A stretch of DNA of 63,265 bases. It comes from a virus. Its lineage: Duplodnaviria > Caudoviricetes. The stretch's first letter is position 1. Every line of letters starts with the position of its first letter. The stretch spans positions 1 to 63,265 of the IMG/VR virus record IMGVR_UViG_3300009414_000002; one strand, written 5' to 3'. The position numbers and the translations under genes were made by a program. The notes beneath the pieces are model-generated. The model saw only the letters and a list, made by a program, of their open reading frames with translations, was not told the origin of the DNA and did not search any database. Positions 39,755 through 49,575 of this stretch are shown piece by piece.

Positions 39755-40275
39755 CACTCCTTCGCTTGCGCTTCCGCTCGATCCCACGGGGCCTTCGGGT
39801 TTCCGATTTTCCAATCGTGTTCCCATCGGCTTCTCATTATCTTGATTGAAACAAGAGGCACTCGGTGGCCTGTTCGTACGGTCCTCATGGCTAAATCCTC
39901 GTCCGACAGACCGGAATCAAACAAATCAACAACGAAAACCCGGGCGCAGTACTCGCTAGCAATCTTAAAATACGGCTCAAGCTCCCATCTTTCGCTGAAT
40001 GTGTTTGCAACGGCTGCCGACTGACCATGATTCAGCGCGTGCGCGGCATTGGTTTGGCACCAGATATGCGCTTCAGGCAGCTTGTCCGGGGCAAAGATGT
40101 ATTGATCATCCACCATGAAAAAATCGTCAGCAGCAAATACTCTAGCGCTTGTTGGGCTGCCAATGAGATCAGCGAACCCATGCATTAGCTGCTTTGCGAA
40201 TGTTGTTTTGCCAGACCCGGGCAAACCCCTAACAAGAACCAAATCCAAACGACCAACTGTTTCAGTCATCTTCAA
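39754..40275 (-). CDS. P-loop kinase (AAA_33 / N4BP2-like polynucleotide kinase)
   Basis: RGLPGSGKTT, ADDFF, AH.WC, V.NTF..WE..PY, H.VP. Confidence 0.85.
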   Translation of the reverse strand: MKMTETVGRLDLVLVRGLPGSGKTTFAKQLMHGFADLIGSPTSARVFAADDFFMVDDQYIFAPDKLPEAHIWCQTNAAHALNHGQSAAVANTFSERWELEPYFKIASEYCARVFVVDLFDSGLSDEDLAMRTVRTGHRVPLVSIKIMRSRWEHDWKIGNPKAPWDRAEAQAKE

Positions 40276-40765
40276 ACACCTCCGATAAAGAATTGTCTAC
40301 CTTTGCTTCACTACCGGGTTCTTCAGCCGCGAAGTACCCGTACGACGACATGAAGTCTGCACAGATGTATTCCAGACAGACGCCGTGCCATGTTCGTTTT
40401 TTGACCTTTTCATGTTGGTCGTCATATTCAAGGAGCATTGAGCGAACAACCTGTAAGGCGTTCCGAACAACTTCCCGCTGTTCCTTGGTTATCCTGAAAC
40501 GCAACCACAGCCAGTCGGCGTCAGATTTGCTTTCAGATGGGGGCGCGGCATCGTGTTGAGGTTCAATTGCATTTAGACGCGCTTTTTCGATTTCATCTCC
40601 ATCGATGTCAATATCCAAAGGCATGATCGCCACATTTTTGACGTTTGCAAAAGCACCACACTCTCCACACTCAAGTCTCAGATAGCCCGTTCGCCACGGC
40701 TTCGCGTTGAAGTCATTCCCATTCCCACACGTCATACAATTCAATGCTGTAACTCGCTTAGTCAT
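40262..40765 (-). CDS. Zinc-ribbon hypothetical protein
   Basis: CMTC, CGEC; LEYICADF C-terminus. Confidence 0.6.
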   Translation of the reverse strand: MTKRVTALNCMTCGNGNDFNAKPWRTGYLRLECGECGAFANVKNVAIMPLDIDIDGDEIEKARLNAIEPQHDAAPPSESKSDADWLWLRFRITKEQREVVRNALQVVRSMLLEYDDQHEKVKKRTWHGVCLEYICADFMSSYGYFAAEEPGSEAKVDNSLSEVFEDD

Positions 40766-42596
40766 CGTATATCCCTGCTTGATTGTCTGGGGTGAATGGA
40801 TTCACCGAATACCTCAGCGACTCTTTGTCGAAATGGAGCACGATGTTTCCTTCTTCACCGTAATCACTCCTGACTTTCAATGTCGTTAAAAGCATTCTGT
40901 TCAAGTCATCATCTTTATCGGTTCGAACGTGTGTTCTTTTTCTATGGCATCTAATGACCCCATCGGCGTATTGCTTGATGCCTGAAGACCCGCGAATGTC
41001 GTCCAGTTCGATGAGCATTGGCTCACCCGTTTTCGGGTTTTTGGGCATCTTTTTAGGGTGACATACGAGCCCTATCCAAATATCCAGCTTGTGGGACATA
41101 TCCACGATTTCCTGAATGGCTTCGTCTTGATCAGCATAGTCGTCTCTTGCCCTTACGAAGTAGTCCAAGTGGTCCAAAACAACGTGCCTGACTCCCAACC
41201 GCCTGACGGCATACTCAACACGTATCGAAAGCTCCGATCTATCCATTCGCCCCGATTGTCGGAACGTGAACAAGTTCATTGATTTCAAAACCTCTGCGCT
41301 GTAATCGAACTCAGACTCTTCCATGTCTCTGGCTCGACGCTTTCCAATCATAGAAATTAGTTTCTGGGCTATTTGCCGAGGTTGCATTTCCGGTGGAACG
41401 AATAAAGTGGGATTCCCCGTGACAACCAAATTCCTTACCAAGTCCGTCAAAAACGTTGTCTTTCCAGTCCCAGTGTCCCCCGTGAAAATCCAAACCTCAC
41501 CACCGCGCAATCCACCACCGAGCAATTGATTCAAGGGCTCCCACTGCGTTTTCGTGCCGGAATTTTTTGGGTCCAATACGTCGCGCGCTTCATCTGCGAA
41601 ATCCCCCATCCGAACCACATCCCCCGCGCAAGGGACTGCTTTGCCGATACATTGTTGAATGATCTCTTTTGGAATCTTGTGCTCCAAACACGCTGAAGCA
41701 TCTTTTTCCGGTAGTGTTACTATGCTGCATCGGTAATGACCGAGCTTCTCTGCCGCAAGAGCGGCACCTTTTATTCCAGCATCGTCGTTGTCGTAAACGA
41801 AGATTATTTCGTCAAATATCGAAAGGTCCTCCAACCATGAGTCGGGCCAAGAACCCGCTCCAGCGGTAACGGAAATACATGGCTCGAACCCATATTGGTG
41901 GAGTGCAACCGCGTCGAGTTCCGCTTCGGTTATGAATACCTTCCGGTAGTCCCCTTCTTTCATTGCTTGGTCGAGCCCAAACAACTCTGTCTTACCGCCT
42001 TTTAGCCGTTTCCACTTCGGACCATCTTCAAAAGGTCCGCTTCCGACACGTCGTAGCTTAACCAGTGCAGGGGAACCATCTTTGAACGATGGCAAAACAA
42101 CGTACTCCCGCCCTTGTTCCATTGCAGACCCGATTTCAAACACATCCAAGGCGTCTTTGGTAAAACCACGCGAAGCCAAGTAGTGCATCGCTGGATTGTC
42201 CGGGTATCCGAATAAGACCTTTGTGGCTTCGGCAACGTAAGCGGAAAACTTTGCTTTTATGTTATCGGATAAGCCGTGTTCTGATTTCGACGCGGTTGTC
42301 TTGTGACGCGCCGAGATGTCTTTTATGGACTGGCTGTAAACGGGTGCTGGCAAATCGCCCAACTCGCGTCTCAGCGTGACCATGTTTCCGTTTTTGTTGC
42401 AACACCATGTGTGGAACACTCCACTATCCGCATTGATATAGAGCGGTCGTTTTTTTCCACCACTTTTTGACTTGCCGTACTTCTGCCCGCAAAAAGGGCA
42501 GTCGAATATCAACTCAAGACCGTTGGTGTTGTTTTCTGTGGCCTTGAGAGCCCAACCTTTCTGGTGGGCGTATGTGGTTATGTCGGACTGCGACAT
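40758..42596 (-). CDS. Primase-helicase (T7 gp4/Twinkle-like)
   Basis: CPFC zinc finger, TOPRIM TEAELDA/YDNDDAG, GDTGTGKTT, LDHL, DIRGS..IKQ.AD. Confidence 0.92.
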   Translation of the reverse strand: MSQSDITTYAHQKGWALKATENNTNGLELIFDCPFCGQKYGKSKSGGKKRPLYINADSGVFHTWCCNKNGNMVTLRRELGDLPAPVYSQSIKDISARHKTTASKSEHGLSDNIKAKFSAYVAEATKVLFGYPDNPAMHYLASRGFTKDALDVFEIGSAMEQGREYVVLPSFKDGSPALVKLRRVGSGPFEDGPKWKRLKGGKTELFGLDQAMKEGDYRKVFITEAELDAVALHQYGFEPCISVTAGAGSWPDSWLEDLSIFDEIIFVYDNDDAGIKGAALAAEKLGHYRCSIVTLPEKDASACLEHKIPKEIIQQCIGKAVPCAGDVVRMGDFADEARDVLDPKNSGTKTQWEPLNQLLGGGLRGGEVWIFTGDTGTGKTTFLTDLVRNLVVTGNPTLFVPPEMQPRQIAQKLISMIGKRRARDMEESEFDYSAEVLKSMNLFTFRQSGRMDRSELSIRVEYAVRRLGVRHVVLDHLDYFVRARDDYADQDEAIQEIVDMSHKLDIWIGLVCHPKKMPKNPKTGEPMLIELDDIRGSSGIKQYADGVIRCHRKRTHVRTDKDDDLNRMLLTTLKVRSDYGEEGNIVLHFDKESLRYSVNPFTPDNQAGIYDD

Positions 42597-42610
42597 TCGG
42601 TTTCTCCTCA

Positions 42611-43516
42611 TCAAAAAGGCGCATCGTCCAATGAAATGGAATGCTCTGTCATTTCTTTTTCAGCTTGCGAAAACAGTTCATCGGTTTCGGTTGTGACGGA
42701 TGCAGTTGTTGTTTGTGATTTCATTATTCCAGCTTCAACCCGCTCGTCAGATGCAAACATGGTTAAAAACTCGTTTGCGTTTGCGTTGTCTCGCCACCAT
42801 TTGTCGCTGTGATACCCGGTCAAACACTCACGTAGTTGCTCGAGTGACCAGTTTTTCAAGCGAGCTCTGGCTTTGGAAATCCTCTTTGGCGTGACTCTGG
42901 ACTTGCCCGAACGAAACAGCTTACTCCATTCGCTTATCAAGCTATCTGCTTGACCATCGTTCACTGGTGGTTGCTTTTTCCTCGGCTTTCGTTCAGGGGT
43001 TGGCTTTTCGGCTGGTTTCGCGTTTGGAGTGAACAAGTGCGATACTGGAATTTCTGAGATTTTAGCTTCCAAAAGTTTTCCAAGCTCCAACCCGTATGTT
43101 TCGCACTCCTCTTGAACGCGCTTTGCTACGTCTGGTTTCGAAAGCAGCTTTTTGTTGTGTGCAAACCAACCGTTTTTGAAACCATCACTTTCCAGCGTTA
43201 TGACTTGCCGGACTGCCGCCAAAGTGAATTTCCACGAACCTTGCTGTTCTTTGAAGAACGTTTTCACCCACATGAGGTGTTCGTCACCGTCGTAGACGAT
43301 GAGATCACGCTGCTCCAGTTCCACCATGCCCACGAGAAGACGTTTCGCGTCCATTCGCGACTCAAAGCACGCAACGTCCAAATGAAGCCGGTAGACGCCA
43401 GATGCTTGCGTGTGCGTGTTGCAACACAGGTAAAAATAAAGACCCATCGCGTCGAACGACAAACCAAGTCTGTCGGGGTCCGACCAATATTCGTCATTCC
43501 ACAGACGTTTCGCCAT
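42611..43516 (-). CDS. Replication initiator / replisome organiser-like protein
   Basis: YWSD...LS.....LYFYL..N.H....G.Y N-terminal motif; upstream of the helicase. Confidence 0.7.
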   Translation of the reverse strand: MAKRLWNDEYWSDPDRLGLSFDAMGLYFYLCCNTHTQASGVYRLHLDVACFESRMDAKRLLVGMVELEQRDLIVYDGDEHLMWVKTFFKEQQGSWKFTLAAVRQVITLESDGFKNGWFAHNKKLLSKPDVAKRVQEECETYGLELGKLLEAKISEIPVSHLFTPNAKPAEKPTPERKPRKKQPPVNDGQADSLISEWSKLFRSGKSRVTPKRISKARARLKNWSLEQLRECLTGYHSDKWWRDNANANEFLTMFASDERVEAGIMKSQTTTASVTTETDELFSQAEKEMTEHSISLDDAPF

Positions 43517-44132
43517 TGGAACCCTCTTTACTGTCTGCTTCATCGGCCAAATCACTGCAGTGTTTCACCAACTCCTGCCACTTCAAGACACCAAACTCGC
43601 TACACCCCTCTGCGTTGTGATGAGCTTCAAACTCAAGCTGCCTTGCGCCCGTGAACGAAGAAGACAATTCCTTTGTTTCTTTGTCCACTTTATCTAGAAG
43701 CTCTTGTGTGCCTTCATCCGTACTCACCAAGCGCTCTGGATATCCAAACGGAACAATTACGCCGGGAGGTAAACAAAACAGGTGATACTGATTTGCCGTG
43801 TCCACAAGCCGCTTCTCACATGGGAAAAGTTGCACCGCTTCACACGCCGTCCCGCAAAGCTCGTTTTTGATTCTCTGGAAGTCTCTCCAGTACCCCTTTA
43901 TTGCTTTTTTGTCGAGCCGCTTTATCGATAAGTGCGCCAAAGGAGGATTTCTTCGCGAATCGACAGGAACGCAATAACGAACTCCAACCTGATAGCGGCT
44001 GTTTACCCACACTTCATCTTCGCCGGAAAGTTCTTTTATCTTTTTCGGCACATCGACTTGTTTGAATTGCGTCCAAGTTGGGTTCTCTTTTTTCATGTGA
44101 CGCTTGCTTTGTTTCGATGTCTTGTTCGGCAT
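43494..44132 (-). CDS. Conserved hypothetical protein
   Basis: N..YQV, HLSIKR.D, WR.FQ.IKNEL.G, EAV..FP...LVD.AN.YHL. Confidence 0.7.
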   Translation of the reverse strand: MPNKTSKQSKRHMKKENPTWTQFKQVDVPKKIKELSGEDEVWVNSRYQVGVRYCVPVDSRRNPPLAHLSIKRLDKKAIKGYWRDFQRIKNELCGTACEAVQLFPCEKRLVDTANQYHLFCLPPGVIVPFGYPERLVSTDEGTQELLDKVDKETKELSSSFTGARQLEFEAHHNAEGCSEFGVLKWQELVKHCSDLADEADSKEGSNGETSVE

Positions 44133-44212
44133 TGCCATTTTCTCCAATCGCAGGGCGTTGGCGGGACAACACCCGCCACAACCCCACGCATTGAGCACCG
44201 TTCATTGCTTCA

Positions 44213-44728
44213 CTAGAACGGAATGTCGTCGTCGTCGGGTGGTACGATGCCCGGTTGGACCCCGGAAACCGGAGCCGACGGAGATGCTGCACCGGCACCC
44301 GAATTGCCACCGCTATTTGCGTTTGCCGCTCCAAGTGCCAGTCCATCGACTTCTGAATTCGTGAGCCGGTAACATTTTCGGACTTCGTTTCTTGGTTCCC
44401 CTCGAAACTCCGTTTGGCTAACTTGCACCGCAAGCGACTTCCCCATGAATGCCCCGGTGACCGCTTCTTCGGAATCCAGATCGAACTTCTCGGAATGGGA
44501 ACACGCCGAGCAAAACTCTCCCCACATTCCATACGCGGACTCAACCACGGTCAGTCTGTGGAAAACCGAAAGCCCTTTGTTCGGGACACTCAACCGAAGT
44601 GAGTAGTAGTAATTGCCGTTTTTCGACGGCCCTTTCTTGGTAACGTCAGCTACCGTGACAACGTATCTGCCCGTTGGGAGCACATCCGGTATTTGGCTGT
44701 GCCCTTGAGGGTCAAAAATTTGCGACAT
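44213..44728 (-). CDS. SSB-like protein (DUF669-like)
   Basis: LP.G.Y, SKNG; acidic DDDDIPF tail. Confidence 0.75.
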   Translation of the reverse strand: MSQIFDPQGHSQIPDVLPTGRYVVTVADVTKKGPSKNGNYYYSLRLSVPNKGLSVFHRLTVVESAYGMWGEFCSACSHSEKFDLDSEEAVTGAFMGKSLAVQVSQTEFRGEPRNEVRKCYRLTNSEVDGLALGAANANSGGNSGAGAASPSAPVSGVQPGIVPPDDDDIPF

Positions 44729-44803
44729 GATTCTCCTCCTTGTTGCAAAACGTACGCCTTAAAAAACAAACACGAGTCCACGCTCATTCGCGGACGAGTT
44801 TGA

Positions 44804-45610
44804 TTACTCGAGTTCCAATTCTGATTCGCTGTTGGCCTCTTCGGCCTCGACTTTCTTTTTCTTGGGAGCTTTCTTTTTCTTCACTTGGGTTTCGTCTGCT
44901 TTGCGCTCAGACTCCGTTGCGAGTTTCAATGCTTCGTTCATGTCCAGCATCATTATTGGCGGCAAACCCTCGTGGGCCTTGACTATCACCCTGTCGTCAC
45001 TTTTGTCCCAACAAACTTTGTACTCAATTTCGCCGCCAGACCCGGTTTTAAAAGCATACCCGCAAGCGTGAACCATGCCCATCAACTTGCCAACTGACTT
45101 GCGCCCAACCATCTGTGGCCGAACCAAGGTACGCATGGACTCCCCATCAGAATCTTGCGTTTCCTCTGCGAGACAAACATAAACAACACTGACTGGCAAA
45201 TCCCTGAATGCGCGAAACAGGTCAAATGACATATCGATTATTCGGCCCCACTCGGAAATCGATGGCGTAACGTTCTTGCTTGTTGAAAGAACTTGTCGTT
45301 TCGCCATAGACATCACATCGGTCGCACTGTCCAATGCGACTGCGCGAATGCCGTTTTCGATCGCTTTGTCTCTGATTGTCAAATACACCTGACGCAACTC
45401 GTCCCACGTTGTGACTGGGAAAAGAATTGCCTCTGGATTCGACGCCTTCACAGTTGAAATGTGGTGCCGTTCGCTCAGAACAACGGCAACGTTTGTGATT
45501 TTTGAAACGGAAGTTGTTTTGCCAACACCACTGTGACCAAACAAAACGAAATTTCTCTTTGTTGAACCTTCGTGGTTGCCTGCGCTGACAAATTCAAGAT
45601 AGTTACTCAC
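44804..45610 (-). CDS. AAA_24 / Sak4-like recombination ATPase
   Basis: FGHSGVGKTT, VALDSAT, WG. Confidence 0.8.
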   Translation of the reverse strand: MSNYLEFVSAGNHEGSTKRNFVLFGHSGVGKTTSVSKITNVAVVLSERHHISTVKASNPEAILFPVTTWDELRQVYLTIRDKAIENGIRAVALDSATDVMSMAKRQVLSTSKNVTPSISEWGRIIDMSFDLFRAFRDLPVSVVYVCLAEETQDSDGESMRTLVRPQMVGRKSVGKLMGMVHACGYAFKTGSGGEIEYKVCWDKSDDRVIVKAHEGLPPIMMLDMNEALKLATESERKADETQVKKKKAPKKKKVEAEEANSESELELE

Positions 45611-45630
45611 GTCAACACCTCCTAGTGCCG

Positions 45631-46083
45631 TTAGTTCGTTTCAGTTTCGCTTTCATCCGTTTCGCTTTCATCCGTTTCGGGAATAAGCGGAACCCCAACA
45701 TCTCCATCGCCAACCAAGCTCAGTTTCATCCCAACCGACTGGGATATCTCTTCTGCCATTTTTTCCTTCTCTTCGTCGTCCAACCCATCGACTAGCATAT
45801 CCAGAACGTTTTTGAGGTTCTCCGCGTCCTTGTTGGCTGGGTCGTCCAACAAGCCCGCCACGGCACCCAACGGGAACAGTGCCGACATGAGGAGTTCCAA
45901 GTCAGCTATGTCGCTGATCGGCATCCGTTCAGCCGGCAATTCAGCCAGCATTTTCAAATAATTGTAAATTGCCTTCCCAATGAGAAAGTTTCCCCTTGGG
46001 CTGTTTGCAATTTGTCTTGCTTTGAACACGTCGTCCGTCTCTCCCGGCAAGCGGTCTACAACCGGCCCTTGCATGATTGCCAC
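45631..46083 (-). CDS. Hypothetical acidic protein
   Basis: GGAGGT RBS. Confidence 0.55.
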   Translation of the reverse strand: MAIMQGPVVDRLPGETDDVFKARQIANSPRGNFLIGKAIYNYLKMLAELPAERMPISDIADLELLMSALFPLGAVAGLLDDPANKDAENLKNVLDMLVDGLDDEEKEKMAEEISQSVGMKLSLVGDGDVGVPLIPETDESETDESETETN

Positions 46084-46084
46084 G

Positions 46085-46372
46085 TTACACCTCCTCTTCG
46101 TCTAGCTCAGCGATGGTTTGTTCGCCAAGCGCATAGTCCGCTGTATTGACCAGCGCAAGCCTCAGGTCCGAATGGACTTCCTCTAAAAGTCCCGAATCAG
46201 GTCGCTTGTTTCTCGCTCCCAATGGAGTGATTTTAGTCGCTGATTCAGCAAGTGCGTGTGTGATTACATTGGACAGGGCAACTGCCTGACCGAGCGAGAG
46301 CTGCAAGTGTATTTTTTGTTGTTTCATATCAATGTCAAAAATTCGTTTCTCTAGTCCAGCTAAAGCTGCCAC
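46085..46372 (-). CDS. Hypothetical protein
   Basis: AGGAG RBS. Confidence 0.5.
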   Translation of the reverse strand: MAALAGLEKRIFDIDMKQQKIHLQLSLGQAVALSNVITHALAESATKITPLGARNKRPDSGLLEEVHSDLRLALVNTADYALGEQTIAELDEEEV

Positions 46373-46380
46373 ATGATCTC

Positions 46381-47529
46381 CTAAAACGGTGCTGGCGCAA
46401 TACCGGAAGTTGATTCCTGCTGAATTTCAACGGGACCTTCCCCTCCGATTTCATTGAACATCAATTGGATTCTCTCTTCATCATCTATGCCCCCGTATGG
46501 ATCTACGCAAATGTCCAGAAATTCGCACCTGCGCCCCAACGGATTGCATTGATTCGTGCTTCGACGCCAAGCGTTTGCTTCGTGACCGGCATCGATTTCT
46601 TTGGTCACCGCAACGGCATCACTCAACCATTGTTCGATGACGGAACTTTGCGGTTGAGTATCCACGCGGAACAAAAACGCATCGCCTTTCTTCGACAACA
46701 TCGCAAGCTGGTCTTCGTAATCAGTGAACACTTGGTTTGCATCGCGCAACGCATTCGTGAAAACCTTGTACGTCGTATCGCACGACGCTTTGGAAATGGT
46801 TCCGTTTTTCAAAACCTTGGGAACCGATGGGATCTTTTTCCGAAGGAAGTTGTACAAAAATCCAATTTGGGGAGCTTTGTCTTTGAACTCTGCCAATTTG
46901 TTCCGGTCAACAGATATTGAAATGTCGTCGCTGTCGGAATACATGGCAGTCCGAATGGCGTACAGGTACGCCCACGATTGAGGGGACATTTCGTAAGTGC
47001 GCTTGGCCGCTTGCGGCGAATACGCGGCAGTTGTTTTGTGGTCAATGACAATGATCCTGTTCGATGATGGCTCGTACACAAGCAAATCGATTGCCCCAGT
47101 CAACCTCCACCCCGGGGCAAGGGTGTTTGAAAGCGGGATGTCGAACACAACTTCCGTTCCAAGAATCACCCAGTCCCCCATGTCCCCTTGATACTTGTCT
47201 ATGTATCGAGACATCATGCTTCTTGCGAGTTCAGATGCTTTTTCGATGGCTTCTTCGTCAAATGACACTTGGTCTTGCAAACCCTCTTGCTCGCATTCGG
47301 ACAACTTTTTGGACATCCCTTCTTCCCACTCAGTGATGAGTCCTTCGTGTATGAAGTTGCCTTTGTAAAACTCTTCCAAACATGAGTGGACCAGCGTGCC
47401 AAACACCAACGGCATTTTCGGGGCCTTGGGTCGAAGCCGTCGGACACGGGAGTAGTAATACTTCCGTGGGCATTCGCAAAACGATACCATTGTGCTGTTT
47501 GACAGTATTTTGAATTGGTGGTCACTCAC
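46381..47529 (-). CDS. PD-(D/E)XK exonuclease (RecB/Cas4-like, Fe-S)
   Basis: S.S...F..CPRKY, GT.VH..LE, GAIDLL, IDHKT, Q...Y, C-terminal Cys cluster. Confidence 0.85.
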   Translation of the reverse strand: MSDHQFKILSNSTMVSFCECPRKYYYSRVRRLRPKAPKMPLVFGTLVHSCLEEFYKGNFIHEGLITEWEEGMSKKLSECEQEGLQDQVSFDEEAIEKASELARSMMSRYIDKYQGDMGDWVILGTEVVFDIPLSNTLAPGWRLTGAIDLLVYEPSSNRIIVIDHKTTAAYSPQAAKRTYEMSPQSWAYLYAIRTAMYSDSDDISISVDRNKLAEFKDKAPQIGFLYNFLRKKIPSVPKVLKNGTISKASCDTTYKVFTNALRDANQVFTDYEDQLAMLSKKGDAFLFRVDTQPQSSVIEQWLSDAVAVTKEIDAGHEANAWRRSTNQCNPLGRRCEFLDICVDPYGGIDDEERIQLMFNEIGGEGPVEIQQESTSGIAPAPF

Positions 47530-47983
47530 TTGATGACCCCGCTTCGGTTCCAGTTCCATCGCAACCAACGCACGTTGTATTGTGAGCTTGTGCTGGATCA
47601 CGTTCCCCGCGAATCTCTGCGGAACCGTCTGTCCAACCAGAACCACCGCAAATCCGGCAATCGTTAGTGGACTTTACAGCGGACGTTGGCCTCAACTCCT
47701 CAAGCGCAATGCTTGGGTTTATGAGCTTGAACGGCCCATCCATGCCGAAAGCCGCCGCGATGGTACACAGTGTCTTGACCGTGATGTTTTCGCTTTGATT
47801 CATAATCCTCGACATCCCGCTCGTGGATAGCCCGTTTTCGGCGCAAAACCCGCGAAGGGACTGATTCCTAAGCGTCAACGACAAACTGATTCTTTCGCTC
47901 AAGGTCGCCATCAAATTGTCAGTCATTACCGAAGCCGCACTTTCATGCTTTCGGTCGTGATCTACGTCAAAATTGTCTTGCAT
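47522..47983 (-). CDS. XRE-family HTH regulator with C-terminal CxxCxGxG zinc finger
   Basis: SL..F....GLS...MSRI....N.T..TL..IA; CRICGGSG, CVGCDGTG. Confidence 0.75.
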   Translation of the reverse strand: MQDNFDVDHDRKHESAASVMTDNLMATLSERISLSLTLRNQSLRGFCAENGLSTSGMSRIMNQSENITVKTLCTIAAAFGMDGPFKLINPSIALEELRPTSAVKSTNDCRICGGSGWTDGSAEIRGERDPAQAHNTTCVGCDGTGTEAGSSSE

Positions 47984-47991
47984 ACTTCCTC

Positions 47992-49566
47992 CTATTCACC
48001 CAAAACCAGATCCAGTGCGCCTGAATCGTTGTTCAAGGTTCCTTTCCAAGTTTTGTCTGCCAACTTATCGATGGTTTGTTCCCACCCGCTCGACGCACCA
48101 ATCAAAACCCCGTAGCACGTCACTTCATGCTGTTCCCTAAATTGACGCCAAAGTGTTTCGCAATCTTCGTCAATGTCACACTCTCCATCCGTTATGAATA
48201 TGATATCTGCTCGTTTGAATTCGTTTGGTCGGTCGGTTGTTTCTTGTTCACGGTCGCTGTATTGCCCTCGCGACAAAATTTCCATCGAACTGATCAATGG
48301 TCTTTCCCACGAAGTTCCCCCGCCTGAAAACGTGCGGACAATATCCAGCATCGAATTCATTTTGGCTTGTTGGCTGTCGCCCTTCACGACGAAGCGTGTC
48401 AGTTGAACTTCTCCATCGAACAACACGGCTGCAAACGGACGGTTCTGTGAAACCGCTTTGTGCATGAGCGCAAACGCCATTGCTTTCGACCAAATTTCCC
48501 TGTGACCATCCATCGAACCAGATACGTCCACGCACGCAATGATTGGTCCCTTCCCAAGCGTTTCTCTGTCTTTCAGCGACCATTGCAAAAGCTGTTTTTC
48601 AACGTACTTCGACATGAACAACGCTTTGAGTTCTTTTTTGTTCGCCCATGCGTACTGGTGCGGCAAAAGCCGACGGAACTCGGCACCAAGTTCCACGTCA
48701 TCGATTTCCGCTGTACTTGCGCGGGCCTTGGTAGCGCGTTTGGTTCCATCGATTCGAATGAAACGACCTGCAAGATTCATTATTTCAGCAAACTTGTGAT
48801 CGTCCATGACGCGCTTTGCGAGGGCGATTCTTTCTTGAGCAGATACTTTTGTGATTTGACCGGATGAGTCTCCCCATCCCATCACTTCGGCCAACTTCTG
48901 CTCTTCGTCGATTTTCTCTTCTGCATCATTCGCAGCAGAACGAATCGCTGTTCTCAAAGCCGATTCATCTATTGAAGCATTGAATTCGTCCAATTCCTTA
49001 TCTATCCGGTCGGCTTTGTGCATGGCGCACCGGACTCCAGTTTCCAATTGTTCAAGTTCACCCGGGTCGTTCCCGCTGTATTCGGACAGCGCATCTTTTG
49101 CGTCGTCAATTTCGTCAGCAGCTTTGCCGAGATCCATGTTGTCGTTTGGTGCTGGTATGTTGCGTAGCACTTGTTCCGCAATGACCGACGCCGCCATTCC
49201 CGCGAAGACCTTATCCCCGCGTGTCCGGCTTATCAGCGGCTCCCATTGTCGGACCGATTGCGCCGCATCATGCGCCACCCGTGCCCAATGCGATTGCTTT
49301 GGAAGCTCCGGGTTTTCCAATGGGTTGTCAGATGAATACAACCGTTGAAACAACTCACGGTAAAACGCCTCCAACCCCGGGAGTCGCTCTTGTTCTTCCT
49401 CATACGGAACCGGCATTGCAAGACCCGACTTGATGAGGTTTTTGTACTGATAGCGGGACCATTTCAACGCCCGATGAACTTGGTCTTCCGTGTCAGCAAG
49501 CAACCATTCGTCATCGGTATTGGACGGCCTGAGATTGATTGTTCTTTCGTTTGTTGATTCACTCAT
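47992..49566 (-). CDS. VWA domain protein (ViaA-like)
   Basis: GPII.CVDVSGSM MIDAS, GGT, ADIIFITDG. Confidence 0.88.
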   Translation of the reverse strand: MSESTNERTINLRPSNTDDEWLLADTEDQVHRALKWSRYQYKNLIKSGLAMPVPYEEEQERLPGLEAFYRELFQRLYSSDNPLENPELPKQSHWARVAHDAAQSVRQWEPLISRTRGDKVFAGMAASVIAEQVLRNIPAPNDNMDLGKAADEIDDAKDALSEYSGNDPGELEQLETGVRCAMHKADRIDKELDEFNASIDESALRTAIRSAANDAEEKIDEEQKLAEVMGWGDSSGQITKVSAQERIALAKRVMDDHKFAEIMNLAGRFIRIDGTKRATKARASTAEIDDVELGAEFRRLLPHQYAWANKKELKALFMSKYVEKQLLQWSLKDRETLGKGPIIACVDVSGSMDGHREIWSKAMAFALMHKAVSQNRPFAAVLFDGEVQLTRFVVKGDSQQAKMNSMLDIVRTFSGGGTSWERPLISSMEILSRGQYSDREQETTDRPNEFKRADIIFITDGECDIDEDCETLWRQFREQHEVTCYGVLIGASSGWEQTIDKLADKTWKGTLNNDSGALDLVLGE

Positions 49567-49575
49567 TGAACCACC

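Noticed and set aside
45644-45679. 15-bp tandem repeat
   Set aside because: It only encodes a low-complexity ETDES acidic tail.
46381-47529. Cas4 as part of a CRISPR system
   Set aside because: It sits with the AAA_24 and SSB-like genes as a normal phage recombination module.
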